A stretch of DNA of 64,000 nt, from the NCBI GenBank assembly GCA_004431415.1, contig QPMI01000005.1:1116001-1180000 (forward strand). Reading direction: 5' to 3'. Made by a program: the position numbers and the translations under genes. Within the stretch, counting starts at the first letter, position 1, and each line of letters begins with the position of its first letter. The notes beneath the pieces are model-generated. The model was not told the origin of the DNA and searched no databases. It saw nothing but the letters and a program-made list of their open reading frames with translations. Shown piece by piece: positions 25,901 through 38,700 of this stretch. This DNA is from Cyanophora paradoxa CCMP329 (lineage: Eukaryota > Plantae > Glaucophyta).

Positions 25901-27744
25901 GGCGAGATCTCCCCTGGGGGCGCCCCGCCCCCGATCGCCCCCATGCAGCCCCCCGTCAAGATCTACCGTACCCCGTCCTTCCCGCCCCGCTCCCCGCGCG
26001 GCCGCTCCCCGCGGGGCGGCGCCCCCACCGGGGGCAACTCGTACATCGTCGACGGCTCGGAGCGGGGCCCGCCCCCGCCCCCCTCGAAGGACCAACCGCC
26101 CGTCTTCCGCCGCATCGACGAGGCCCTCATGGTCGCGAAGGTGATGGCGTACCCCCTCCCGCGCTCGGCTCGGTTCATCTGATCTGATCTGACGGGCTCT
26201 CTCGTGTAGGCCGGGGACCGCATCTTCGTGAAGCCCGGACGCTACGACGAGTCGCTGATCGTGAACAACGACATCCACATCGAGGGGACGGGCACGCGCC
26301 CGTCGGACGTGCTCATCTGCGCGGAGGGCAAGTTCGCGCTCACGGCCCTTCACTGCAAGGGCTCCCTCAAGAACGTCGCGCTCTTCTCCTCGCGCTCGAC
26401 CAAAGGTGGCGCGGCCATGAACGGGTTCTACACGGTGAAGCTCCAGGGCGGCGCGTTCCTGCTCGAGGCGTGCGAGGTTAAGGGCGAGGGCCTCGCCTGC
26501 GTCGCCGTCTGCGGCGCCGGCTCGAGCGTCGTGCGGAGCTGCGAGGTGACGGGCACGGCGGACATCGGGCTCTACCTCTACGACCAGCAGACGGCGACGG
26601 TCGAGAACTGCGACGTGCACCACCTGCCGGGCACGGGCATCAAGGTCGAGAACAGCGCGTCGCGGGTCGCCCAGAACCGCGTGCACGACTGCGGCTGCGA
26701 GGGCGTCGTCGTCGCCTTCGAGCCACGGCAGGGCCGCGCCGTCTGCGACGCGAACGAGATCTACGACTGCGACGGTTCGTGCACACATGCGCAGCGCCCT
26801 ACGCGGGCGTGCGGGCGTGCGGCGCCCCCGGCTGACCCCGGCATCGCGGCTCGCGCAGGCCCCGGCATCCAGGTCTCGCTGGCCTCGCCGCTCATCACGA
26901 ACAACACGCTGCACCACTGCGGGATCGGGCAGGGCCACGTCGGCGTCATGATGGCCGGCTCGTCCATGCAGGGCTCCTCGGGCGTCATCCTCACGGGCGG
27001 CTCGGCCGAGCTCAAGGAGAACGAGATCTTCTCCTGCGGCGACTGCGGCGTCCAGGGTACGTACGCGTTCGCATCGATTTCGGCATACTAGTATCTGCCC
27101 GACCCCTCGTCTGACTGGCGCGCTTCGTTCGCCTCCGCAGTGGAGGAGCAGGCTCAGGTGACTCTGAGCGGGGACAAGCTGCGCGAGAACCGTTCCTCCG
27201 GCTTCCGCTGCTTTCGCTCCACGTCGGCCCGCCTCTCGGGCGTCGAGATCTCCCAGAACGGCGACGCCGGTCCGCCCGCGCCCCGTTCCCCTGCCGCGCG
27301 CTCGCCGCACCCCTCCCGACGCGATTGTTTTCGCCGCAGGGGTCGCGATCTTCGGCGACGCGCGCGTCGTGCTGGAGAAGAGCACCGTGCGGGGGAACAA
27401 GGTCTGCAACGTCTACGCAAAGGTCGGCCGTACCCCCCCTTTCGTAATTTTTCAGGCGTCGCGTACCCCTGACGCGCCTCGCCCAGGACCGGGCGAGCGT
27501 GACGCTGCGGGGGAACGAGATCACGGGGAGCACGGAGAACGCTGTCGTGTTCCGGGACGGGTCCGACGGCATCATCGAGGACAACACGATCGCGGACAAC
27601 GCGGGGCACGGCGTGGTGATAGCCGAGTCGAACGTCTGGGTCAAGGAGAGCAACCGCTTCGAGCGCAACAAGGGCTCCAACATCCACCGCCTCTCCGACC
27701 GGACGACCCCCTACGGCCGCGCGGCCTACTCAGGCGTTAGTTAG
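22971..27744 (+). CDS. TKL-type Ser/Thr protein kinase fused via a Pro/Ser-rich linker to a right-handed parallel beta-helix (CASH/NosD/FBXO11-like) domain
   Basis: Kinase motifs 'LGRGGFGSVF', 'VAVKEL', 'HPNIVRFFG', 'HRDLKGDNVLL', 'KISDFGLAK', 'GTVQFQAPE', 'KSDVYSFGAIIWEMVTGEIPW', 'CLAFDPEQRPT'. C-terminal 'FRRIDEAL...GDRIFVKPGRYDESLIV' is followed by G-I/V-x-V...N-x-I/V repeats. Confidence 0.92.
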
Positions 27745-28276
27745 CAGCGCGGCCCCCCGCCGCGCGCCGCGCCCTTTTGATTTTCTCCCTCTCTTCTCTT
27801 CTGTCAATTTCCTTTCTGGCAGAGGCATTCGCAGGCAGGCAGGCAGGATTAGGCAGTGTTTTTTTTTATGCTTGCGGTGACAACAGCTATTCGATTACTT
27901 TTTCCGACTTGGAGCGTGATCGAGACATGGCATTGCGATGGCATTGCGGCATTCGTGAAATCCTCTGCTTGCAGCTGCCGTGTGCGCGGAGCACTTCGAT
28001 GCACGCTGCTTTCAAGTTTGTGAGCGCATGCGCATGCCCGCGCGCGTTCCGAGGCGGATATATAGTTCAACCCGAACTCGGAATGATGCGAATGCCCCGA
28101 GGCCCCAGCGCTGGCCTGCCCGCCGCGGGCCGAGCCTTGGAGCCGTTGGAAACAGATCTAGAAAGGATCCGATCGACCGAAACGTGCACATTCGTTATTA
28201 TTAGCCTGTCCTACTACGTTACATGTCTGCCCTGCTACTAACCCACAGAAGCGCGAAAGGAGGAGGGCGCCCGCCC

Positions 28277-29642
28277 CTACTCGGGGGAGGAGGGCGCCGA
28301 GAAAGTGGAGGCGGAGTCGGTCGAGGCGCTGGAGGCCGCGGGCGAGCTGGAGCAGCTGTCGCGCCCGGCGTCCCGAGCCGCTTCCTCGTCGGCGTGGAAT
28401 TCGAGGTAGCAGCTGCGGCAGACGGCGACGTACTTGTCCGCGCCGCCGATCAGCTCGACCTCCGTCTCGTGGCCCCGCCGCTGAGTGAACGCCGCATCCT
28501 TGCCGCACATCATGCAGACGGCGGAGAGCTTCGTGACGGACTCCACGAGCGGGATCAGCTCCATGATGCGGCCGAAGGGCTGGCCGCGGGTCAGCGGGCG
28601 CGGGCGCGGGCTTTAGGTGAAGAAGGGCGGGCGGACCTTCCGCTGGAAAGTCCCGTCGAGCGCGGCGACGATAACGATCTTGCCGCGGTTGGCCATGCGC
28701 TCGCAAAAGGCGGCAACGTCGGGGAAGAACTGGCCCTCGTCGATGCCGATGCAGTCGAAGTCCTCCAAGTCGTCGTCATCGATTTCGTCCAGGATGTCGC
28801 ACGGCCGCGCCTGGATCTTCACTCTGCGGCGCGCGTTAGCCCTGTTCGTGAAATCGATACAATGTACGTACAGATCGTGCGTGATGACGTGCGCTGCCGT
28901 AGCGTCGGCCTCGTACCGGGTGTCTTTCTTGTACTTGATAAGCATTGTGCGCTTGCGAGCTGCGGCACGCGCGTCCGTAAGCGCACAAAAGCGACGAGCA
29001 CGATCGCTAAAGCAGCGCACCGATGCCGTACCGCCTCAAGCGGCGGAGGAGTTCAGTTGACTTACCGGAGAACTGCGGCCGGGGTGAGCCGCGCTCCGGC
29101 CGCGCTGGCACGACACGCGCACCATGGGGCCGAGAATGAGCTGGATGTGGCCAGCGTGAAGGCTGGGATGGTAGGATTTTGAATGCCGCTCGGCGTCCGC
29201 GAGCATCTCCTCCTTGGTCAAGAGCGACTGCCGCAGCTCGGGAGCGGTGTGCAGCGGAGCGGCCGGCTGTGGCCGCTCGTCTTCCCGACGGCCGGCGCCG
29301 TTGCGCTCGTACGCGCTCTGGACCGGTTTCCGGGCGGACTAGCGGCGCACGCGCGGTCAGCTTCGCGAGCGCCGACAGACAGGGGCTAGATCTCACATTT
29401 GCGAGCGTTCTGAGCTCCCGGCGGGGCGTGAATTCGGTCGCTGGGACTTGTGCTGCCTCCATCGCTGGTCGACGGTCGGAGATCGTTCTGGCGGAGCCGG
29501 GGAAGCGGAACCGCTGTCGGAAAAGCCTGTGGGAGGCAGAAGACGGCTGCAGGTGGTGCCGGGCGCTGGCGAAGCACAAGGCTGACCACGGAACGAGCCC
29601 CCGTACCGCCCCGGGCAAAAATTTGAAAGCGACCCGGTCCAT
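28277..29642 (-). CDS. TK1: Thymidine kinase (TK1/type II) with an N-terminal extension
   Basis: '[10 protein letters not shown]|[15 protein letters not shown]', 'IKYKKDTRY', '[11 protein letters not shown]', '[13 protein letters not shown]|PFG', 'KLSAVCMMC', '[17 protein letters not shown]'. Candidate ATGs at 29642 and 29462. Confidence 0.97.
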
Positions 29643-29703
29643 CACGGCTACGCGAATTTCGATGCTTGTTCCGTACCCCTCACCAAGCACCTCTGACACA
29701 TCA

Positions 29704-32700
29704 ATGCGCGCCCGCGCTCCACGCTCACGCTGCCTCGTTCTGCTTTCCGCGCGCTCTTCCTGGGATCCCTGCCTGCTCCACCACCGCCGCGCGCCTGCAG
29801 GCCGGAGCGCGCTTTGAAAGTTCTCCCGCCCCATGCTCGCGCCGCGCGTGTGCTTGCTTCAGGTCCTGTCGTTGCTGCAGAAGCAGATTGAATTGGCCTA
29901 CGCTCCCGAGTGGCACCCGCGAGCCGCTTGACGGCCGCCGTAAGAACTTCGCACAGCCGGCCTCGTTGTGGCCGCTGCGGCCGCAGCGCGCACGCAAAGC
30001 GATCCAGAGGGATAAGGAATGCGAACTGAGCGCCGCCGGTGAAGGGCGTTGCCTGAATTCTGGCCGCACGCAACGTTCCACAGTTCAAATCCGGCCAGTT
30101 ACAAGCCATCGAGTCGGCCATTGCACGAGCTAGCTGTAGCAAGCAGGTCGCCAGCAGCGCGAAGCGATGCCGCCGCAGCCGGTGCGGCGGACGCAGGCTG
30201 CGCTGCGCCGGGCGCAGTTGGGAGACGCGTTCTTCGGCTGGCGCGCCGTCGTGTTCGTGACGAAGGCGGAAGCGGCCCGTGCGAAGACATCAGCAGCATC
30301 CGGTAATGCTCCGAAGAAGCCAGTGGTCAGCGGGGGCGGCGGCGTGGAGGATGTCCTGGGCATTGAGAACCAAGACGAACTGGACGCGATCTTCGGCTCC
30401 GACCCGTCGTTCACCAGCGACGAAGAGGAGGAGGAGCAGCAGCAGGAGGAGCAGCAGGACGAGGAAGACGTTGAGCCGGAGGAGGACCGCATCGCTCGCT
30501 GGATCCGGGAGCACGCGAAGCCGGCGGAGCCGCACAGCGGCGACATCGGAGCGCGGAAGCTCGCGCGGTGGAGGATCAGGATCGAACTCCTTCTGCAGGC
30601 ACGCGCGGCAGCCGACTCTGCCTTCCACCGCTCCGAGGTCCGCGCTCCTTCGGCGCTTCAGCGCCGTCCACACGCCGGGCCGATGTCCGCCGCAGCGCCG
30701 CACGCTCGGGAAGTGCTTCCTGTTCTGGCGGATCTACGCGCAGAAAGAGCGCTCGCGGCGCGAGGGCGGCGGCCTCAGCGGCGCCTCCTCGCGGCGCTCG
30801 TCCTTCTCGTCGATCCAGGACGAGGACTCAAGGAGGCCGCGCAGCGACTCCGGTGGGAGCTCTGTGCTGTGAAACGCGCCGAGCGCTCGCGCTGACTGAC
30901 GCTCTGCGCACAGGCGGCGCTCCCGAGCAGCGCCGCGCCCCGTCGCCTGGCGCCGGCCGGTCCGCGGCGCCTGCAGCCGCGGCGCCCGCGGCCGGGCCGT
31001 CATTCGGGCAGCCCCCGGCACCCATAGCTAGCGTGCCACAGGCGCAGCCGCCAGCGCCCGCACCGCCGCAGCCTGCGGCGCCCGCCCCGGCGCAAGCGGC
31101 CGCGCCTGCCGCCCCGCCCGTGCCCGCTCCCGTTCCGGTGAAGCGCGGGCCGCCCCCGGGGTACCGTCCTCCCCGCCGCAGGCCCCTCCACCCTCCGCAC
31201 CGCCCGCCCCGGCCCCCGCCCCGCCCGGTCCCGGCTGCGGACCCGGCCCCTCCCGGTCCCGGCTTCGGCCCCGGCCCCTCCCCGCCGGCTCCGGCCCTGG
31301 CCCCGCCGGCGCCGGCGCCTGCGCCGGTCCCGGTCCCAGTCTCAGCCCCTCCTCGCCTCGCCTCGTCGGCCCCGCCCCCTCCGGCTCCGGTGCCGGCGCC
31401 TGCGCCGGCCCCCGTCCCGGCCAAGCCCGCCACCTCGCCGCCTGTGGCGCGGAAGAGTTCGCTAGAGGACATCTTCGGTGACCCGAGCGAGGACGAGAGC
31501 GGCGTTAGCAGCCGGCCCAGCGCCGGAGGCGTGGTCCCGGAGGAGTACGAGGCGGGGGCGGGACCGGGGCCCGCGGCCGACTCGCCCCGCTCCTCCGCCG
31601 CCTCTTCCTGCGCCTCGCCCTCGGCTTTCAAGGCCGCCGCGCCGGCCCCGGCCGCCCCCGCCACTGCGCGGGCCCCCACGCCGCCCGCCCCGGCGCCCCC
31701 GCGGGCCGCCACGCCCCGCCCCCGCCCCGCCCCCTCCTCCGCCGCCTGCAGCGGCCCCGCCCCGGCCCGAGGACGAAGACGAAGAAGACGAGCCGTACAG
31801 CGGCGAGTACGACAGCAGCAGCGAGGACCTCGCAGCGGCGCTCGGCGGCTTCGGGCGCCACTCGCATGCCAGCGAGCCGCTCTCGTCCGCGCGCTCGGCC
31901 GGGCCGCAGGAGCACCCCGCGGCGTCCTCGGGCCCCGTACAGCCGCAGCGTCGCCCGTCCCGCGACGGTAGCGAGCCTTCGGTTCCTTCGCAGCCGCAGA
32001 GGCGCCCGTCCCGCGACGGCAGCGAAGCGTCTTCCGCTGCTGCGACGGCGCCGCAGCAGCAGCAGCCGCCGCAGCGGCGGCCCTCGCCTGTCGCGACCCC
32101 TCAGGCGGCCCCCGAGCAGTCCCGCCCCTCGTTGGACGGCATCGAGCGATCCGCTCCGGCCTCGCGCCCCGCGGCCGCCGCCCCGCAGCGCCGCCCGTCC
32201 CTTGAGGGAAGCGAACGGTCGCTCGCCTCTTCCTCCGCCGCCACAGCTCCCCGCGCCCCGGCGGCGTCGGCGGCGCCTTCCGGGCGGCCCCCTCCCCACC
32301 CGGACGCATCCGGGCCCCTCTCCGCTCGCTCCATAGAAGGCCCGCTGTCGGCCCGGGGCGTACCCTCCCCGCTCTCATCCCCCGGGTCGGTCCCGCGCCC
32401 CGCCCCGCGGGCCTTCCCCGGCTTCGGATCCCGCAAGGACTCCTCCGCCTCTGTTGCGTCCTCCGGGACCTCCCCGCCCGCCGACCCCCGGGTCGCCGCG
32501 GCCAAGGCCCCGGCTGCGCCGCCCCCCGGCCAGCCGCCCGCCCCCGCTCCCGCTCCCGTCCCCTCTGCGGCCCCCCAAGCCCCAGCCGGCTCCAAGCCCG
32601 TCTCGGGCCAGCCACTGGCCCCGGCCCCCGCTCAGGCGCCGGCCCCAAGCGGCGCCCCTGCGCCCTCCTTCGCTCAACCGCCCGCGCCCGTCCCTGCCCC

Positions 32701-35700
32701 TTCGTTCGCCCAGCCGCCCGCGCCAGTCTCCGCCCCCGCCTTCGCCCAGCCTCCCGCCCCCATCGGCTCGAAAGCCCCGGCCCCCGCCCCCGCCCCCGCG
32801 CCCTCCCCTGGGCGCACCCCCGCTCCCGCCCCCGGCCCCGAGGACAGCGACTGGGATGGGGAGGACGAAGACGAAGAAGAAGATGACGTACCCCCCGAGG
32901 ACAGCGACGCGGATTCGGAGCCGGAATCGCCGGGCCGCCTGTACCCGGCCCCAGAGGAGCCGGCGCAGGAGGAGCGGGCCCCGTCCCGCCCGATGAGCGA
33001 CGCGGGACGCTCTACCCCCCCTTCCGCTGCGCCTTCCGTGGATCTGAACCCCCCCGCGAGTCCCGAGGCCGAGCGGCTCCGGGCCAGGCAGTCCCCTCGG
33101 GCCCTTTCCTTCCCCGCTCCCGCCCCGGCCCCCGCCCCAGTCCCAGCCCCAACTCTCGCTTTAGCCCCCGCCCCCGCCCCAGTTCCCGCCCCGGCCCCCG
33201 CCCCGGCCCCGGTCCCGGCTCCGGCTCCGGTCTCGGCCCAGACGTCCGAGGACGAGGACGGGAGGGAGGAGGGAAAGGAGGAGGAGGACGAGGATGTACC
33301 CCCGCACCCGGAGGAGGAGGAGGAGGAGGAGGAGGAGCCGGCGGCGGCGGCGGGCCCCTCCCCCCGGGAGCTCCGCGTGCGCGAAGCCGTCAAGGAAGGC
33401 GTGGCCGAGGTCCGAATTCGATTGAATTTGATCCGGATCGAATTTGATTTGATCCGGGGCGGGCGGCGGCAGATGCGGGCGCGCATCCTTCCGGAGGTCG
33501 CCCGCAGCGTGGCGAACCAGCGGCAGCGGGATCAGGCGCGGGCGGGCCGCCCATCCACCAGATTAGATGCGCGCGATCCGAATCTAATCTGATTTGGGCC
33601 GCAGATGCGGACCGTGCTGCTCTCTTGGCACCGCTACACCTTCCGAGAGGCTCGCGAGATGCCGAGAGGCTTTCTCTGCCTTGTCTCTCTCTGTCTCAAC
33701 TTCTCTCCGCGCAGGTGCTGCTCAAGACGCTGGCGGTGAACCTCGCCGGGCGCCTCGCGTGGATGCACATGCGCCGCGCCTTCCTCGAGTGGCGGTGCGT
33801 GGGATCAAATCTCGGATCAAATTGGCCCAAGGCCCCGAACCGCCCCTCCGCGCCGCCCACTCGCTCGCTCGCTCGCTCGCTTGCAGGGACGACGCGATGC
33901 CTGGCGGGCGTCTCGGCGTTCGCGCCGGGCCGCAGGGAAAGGACGCCCTGCGCGACGCCGCCCGCCTCGTGCGTCTCTTTGAGTCACAGAGAACGCTTAG
34001 AAGGCGGTTTCGGTCGTTTTCAGCGTGCCTGAGACCAGTGCGCAGAAGCTCGAGAACGAGTCGCTGGCGGCCGAGAAGGCGGCGGCCGACGAGGCCCTGG
34101 AGCGCGCCCGGGCCGAGCTCGCCGCGGCGCGCGAGGCCGCCCAGGTGCCTTCCCTCTCCTTTCCTTTCCTTTTCCTTCGTGTCCTTTCCTTTTCCTCTCT
34201 TTGGTTTCCTTCTCTGAATGCGAGCAGGCCGCCTCCGCCGCCCGCGCCGAGGTGGAAGCCGAGTCGGGAAGGCTGAGGGAGGAGTCGGCGCGCCTCAAGG
34301 AGGTGCCGTACCCCCCTAAGAGAGGGGCTACGGCGTCTAAAACCCTTGCCAGGACGCCGAGCGGCTTTCGGCCGCGAAGGAGGCCGCCGAGGCGCAGCGG
34401 AGGGGCCTCGAGGCCGACGCGGTACCCCCGATTCCATCTCCCTCCCCTCTCTTCGTTTTCCCGACGGGGCCGGGCGGCCAGGAGGGGGCGAGGGGCGCGC
34501 GGGAGGCGGAGCTGGCGGCCGCCCGCGATGAGGTGGAGGCCCTGGCGGGACACCTCCGGCAGGTAGGAAGAACGATCAGAAGATCTGATCTGATCTGATC
34601 TGATCTGATCTGAACCGACTACTCAGATGCACGACGAGGCGCGCGTGGCGGCGGTCGCTGCCGAGCGCCGCGAGGAGGAGCTCGCTCAGGTGACTTCCCT
34701 TCCTTCCTTCCTTCCCCTTTCTGAGCGATTTGCAGGCCCGGAGGCAGCTCGCGTCGGAGCGCGCGCGGGCCGCCAAGGCAGAGGCGGAGGCCTCCAGGAT
34801 GCGTGCCGCCCTGGCCGTCTCCTCCCCCCAGCGGCGGCCCCCCCCTACCCCCCCGCTGGGCAGCCCCGGGGCCCCTCCGCCCCGCGGGCCCGCCGAGGAG
34901 GCCGCGGCGGCCGGGGAGCGGCTGGACCGGCTCCTAGGAGGCTGCCGCGCCGACATCCTGCACGCCTCCGAGCTCCTCGAGTGGCTCTCCGGAGAGGGGT
35001 ACGCCGTTTTCGACCCTCGTACCCGCCCTTTCGGCCAAATCTTCTCGCGCCAGGGCTGCAGCGGGGGGAGACGAGACGCGCGAGTGGGCCCGCGGGGCCG
35101 CCGAGACCCTGCAGGCACGGCCCCGTACCCCCCCCCCCCCCTTCTAAAAATCAATACCCCTGAACCACCCCGCAGCGAACGGAGGCGGCTCTGCGGGACG
35201 CCGGCGACGCGGCGGCGGACTTGTCGCGTCACGCTGACGGCGCCGCGGTTGCCGTGCGATCTTCCCGTACCCCCCGCTCCATCTTCCCCCGGAATCCGAT
35301 CGTGTATTCCCCCTCGCAGGAGCAGGAGGCGTCCGAGCGCTGCGAGGCCGTTGAGGAGTCCGCGCGGGTTCGTGCCCCCTATAAACCACACCGTGCCCCG
35401 TACGCCCCTCGACCTTGTACCCCCTCAGCGGCTCGAGAGGGAGCTGGAGCAGGCCCGCGCCCTCCTCGACGTCGCGCTCTCAGCACGGTACCCCTCTCCG
35501 GCGCCCAGATCTGATTCTCCCGAACTCATCTTCGTCCCAGGGCGGAGGCGGAGCGTGAGGCTGTCGAGGCGAAGGCGCGCGCGGCCGCCGACGCCGCCGC
35601 CGCCGCTCGCTCGGCGTGCGTTAAGGGGCCGGCGTGCCTTCTCCTGTCTTCGCGCGCCTCGCCCGACGGACGCGCCCCGCGGCGCAGGGCGGAGCTCGCG

Positions 35701-38700
35701 GAGGCTCGGGACGAGCTGCGGGAGGCGGGGCGCGAGCTCAACGCCCGCGCCGCGCGCGTCCGGCAGCTCGAGGCCGACGTTGCTGCCGTGCGTCCTTCCC
35801 TTTCCTTTCCTTTTGTTGCCTTTTCTCTTCGTTTTTACTCCTTTTTCAGACGCGGAAGGAGGTGGATGATCGGATGGCGCGGGCGGCGGCGGCGGGGGAC
35901 GAGCTCGCGAGCACGCGCGCGCAGCTGGAGGCCCAGGCATGCGTACCCTTCCTCTTTCTTTCTTTCTTCTCGTTCCTCTTCTTTCTTACCTTTCCTTTTC
36001 TCTTTCAGGTCCGCGCCGCTGCGGAGGGCGTGGTTCGTGCCAAGCGACTCGAGGGCGAGGTACCCCCCTCGAACTACCCTCTACCCCTCCCGCCCGGAGT
36101 CGATCCCGCGCAGGTCGAGAAGGGGACCTCGTCGTTCTCGGCGCTCCGCTCGCTCGTGGTGGACCGCGGGGCGGCCTCGCTGGGGCGGCGCGCCCGCCTG
36201 CGGACCCTCCGGTCCGCCATGGGCGCCTGGCATGCCTGGCTGGCGCGGAGGCGCGACCTCGGGATCCGCGGGGAGGCGCTGCTCCAGCGCTCGGCGCTGG
36301 GCTGGGAGCGCGGGGCCTTCGCCGCGTGGCGCGCGGCGGCGCGGGCCGAGCGCGGGCGGCGGGAGCGGCTCGCAGGCGGCCCGCTGGGCCCGATGCCGAG
36401 GGACCGCCTCGCCTGGGCCTTGCGGACGTGGCGCGCCGCGACGAGGCGCGACGCGGCGATCGTTCGGCTGGCGCGGCGCGCGGAGCGGCGGCGCGCGGCC
36501 GAGGCGCTCCGCCGGCTCCGCGAGGCCGCTTCGGCGGGGCGGGTGCGGCGGGCGGAGGACCGGGCCCGGCAGGAGGCGGGCGCCCTCGCCCTCGCCACCG
36601 CCAGCGTCGCCGAGCTCGCCGCCCAGGTATCTGCCAATCGTCCATTTCATCTCATAGAATCTTCTAGAATCTAATCGTCCGATCACATAGAATCTAGTAG
36701 ATCCAATAGAACCTAGTGTAATTAGCGTCGCCGAGCTCGCCGCTCAGGAAGCAACCAATCTTACATCTAATCTTACGGAATCCAATCTAAACTAATTTGA
36801 TCTGTGCAGCGCTCCTCGCTGGAGGCCGAGCTGAAGGAGATGCGCGCCGCGCGCGCCCGCCGCGTCGACAAGGTCGGCCCTAGTGTCCCAAGCTAACGCT
36901 CTGACGTGCTACCTTTCTTCTTCTTCTGACTATTTCTTCTGCTACTAGGTGGAGGCCCTCGCGCTGCTCGGGGCCCCCCGGCGGCGCGCGGCGCTGCTGG
37001 GCGCCCTCGCCGCGTGGCGCGCCGGCGTCGAGGAGCGGCGGCGCGCGGCCCTCGAGGCCAGCGTCCGCGAGGCCCGCTCCGCCCTCCAGATCGTCACGGT
37101 AAATCTTCGAATCTTTGCTCTAAGAAGAAGCCTTTCAACCCTAAGAAACAACCTCCTAGCTAGAGAGGCCTCTAAATGCTAGCTTGCTAGCTTCGGAACC
37201 TTCCAGCTAGAGCCTTCTGGCCCTCGAACTCGCCGTGCGGCAGGGCGTGCTGCGGGAGTCGCAGGCGTCGCACGGGGCGCTGGAGGCGCAGCTCGGGCGC
37301 TGCGCGGCGGCGATGCGGGAGGCGGGGGGAGCCCTCCGCGCCCTCGAGCGCCGCTTCCTCCAGCTCGGCGCCAAGGTGCGGTACCCCCCGGGCCCCGACC
37401 CTTCCGTTGCTTTTCTAGGAGAGAGACAGAGCTAGAGGCGAGATGCCCTTCTCGAAGATAGAGCCGGCCCTTCCCGCCCCCGGATAGAGCCCGTGAGTTA
37501 GATAGAGCCGGAGATAGAGCTAGAGGCGAGATACTCTGGGGTCGCCAAGATAGATCCCGGCGCCAAGGTGAGAGAGGTCCTTGGATAGATGCTTGGTAGT
37601 TCCTTCCAAGGAGCCGCCCCGCCCCGCCCCGCCCCGCCCCGCCCCTCACGCCCCTCACTTACGCCCCGCGCCCTCGCCACAGAACCCGACGGACGCGCTG
37701 CGCGCCTACATCCGCCGCGACCTCGACTCCTGCCTCGGCCAGGTGCCGTACCCCCCTATCTCCCCTCCCCCCCCGCTCCTTCGCTGACTAGGACCAGCTG
37801 GAGAGGCTGGGGCGCATCCTGGGCGAGCGGGGCGGGCGGGCCCAGCCGGAGGAGGGCGAAGCGGGGGCGGGCGGAGGAGAGGGGGGGGCGGAGGAGGGCG
37901 CCGCCGACGGCCTTCCTCCGCCTCCTCCGCCCCCCGTCCCTTCGGCGGCCGCCGCGGAGGCGGTCCTCGCCGCCGGCGGGCTCGCTGAGCGCCTCGCGGA
38001 GACTCTCCAGGTACCCCCGGCCCATCTCTTCCCCCCCTCTCTTTTTTCCCCTTAATCCCGGGTACAGCTCTCTGAGGCGGTCTGCGCTCGGCTGCCGGCG
38101 ACGCGGCCGGCGGCCTCTCCCCCCCGCGGGCCCTTCCGCGTCCTCGCCAGCCCGCGGGGCCCGGTACCCCCGAACCGCGACCTCTCCGATTCGGTACTTT
38201 CTGCTCCTGTACCCCCGAGCGCCCTCCCTTCGCGAGGCCTGACCTCTCGTGTCAGGACGACGACGCGCCGACGCCGCCGCTGGTGCCTCCCGCGGAGGGC
38301 GCCGGCGCGTGGGCAGGCGCCTCTGGCCCCGTGGTCAGCGAGTCCCTCGTCCTGTGCGAGGCCGATACCCCCTCCCCGCGCGCCCGCCAGGCCCCCTCCC
38401 CCCCCTCTCCCCGGCCGCCCTCCCGCCCGCCGCGGCCACCGCCGCGGCGTACCCCCCCGCCATGTCCCCTGGCCGCACGCCGGCCCCCGATCACGACGAC
38501 GGCACGGGTACGGTCATCTTCTTCGACGGCCGGGAGTGGACGAACCGGAGCGCGCCCGGTACCCCCTCGCAGCCGCCGCGGTCGGGGCCGCCGGGCGCGG
38601 GGGCCGCCCTCACGGGCGAGACGCCGTACCGCGCGCGGCTCATGCGGCGGGTGCTCGATTCGTCGGACGAGGAGGAGGAGGACGAGGATGCGGCGGGCCC

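Noticed and set aside
24443-27409. 988-aa minus-strand ORF, and many similar Arg/Gly/Ala/Pro-rich ORFs
   Set aside because: It is an antisense shadow of the kinase/beta-helix gene. Stop codons are rare at this GC content and no domain motifs are present.
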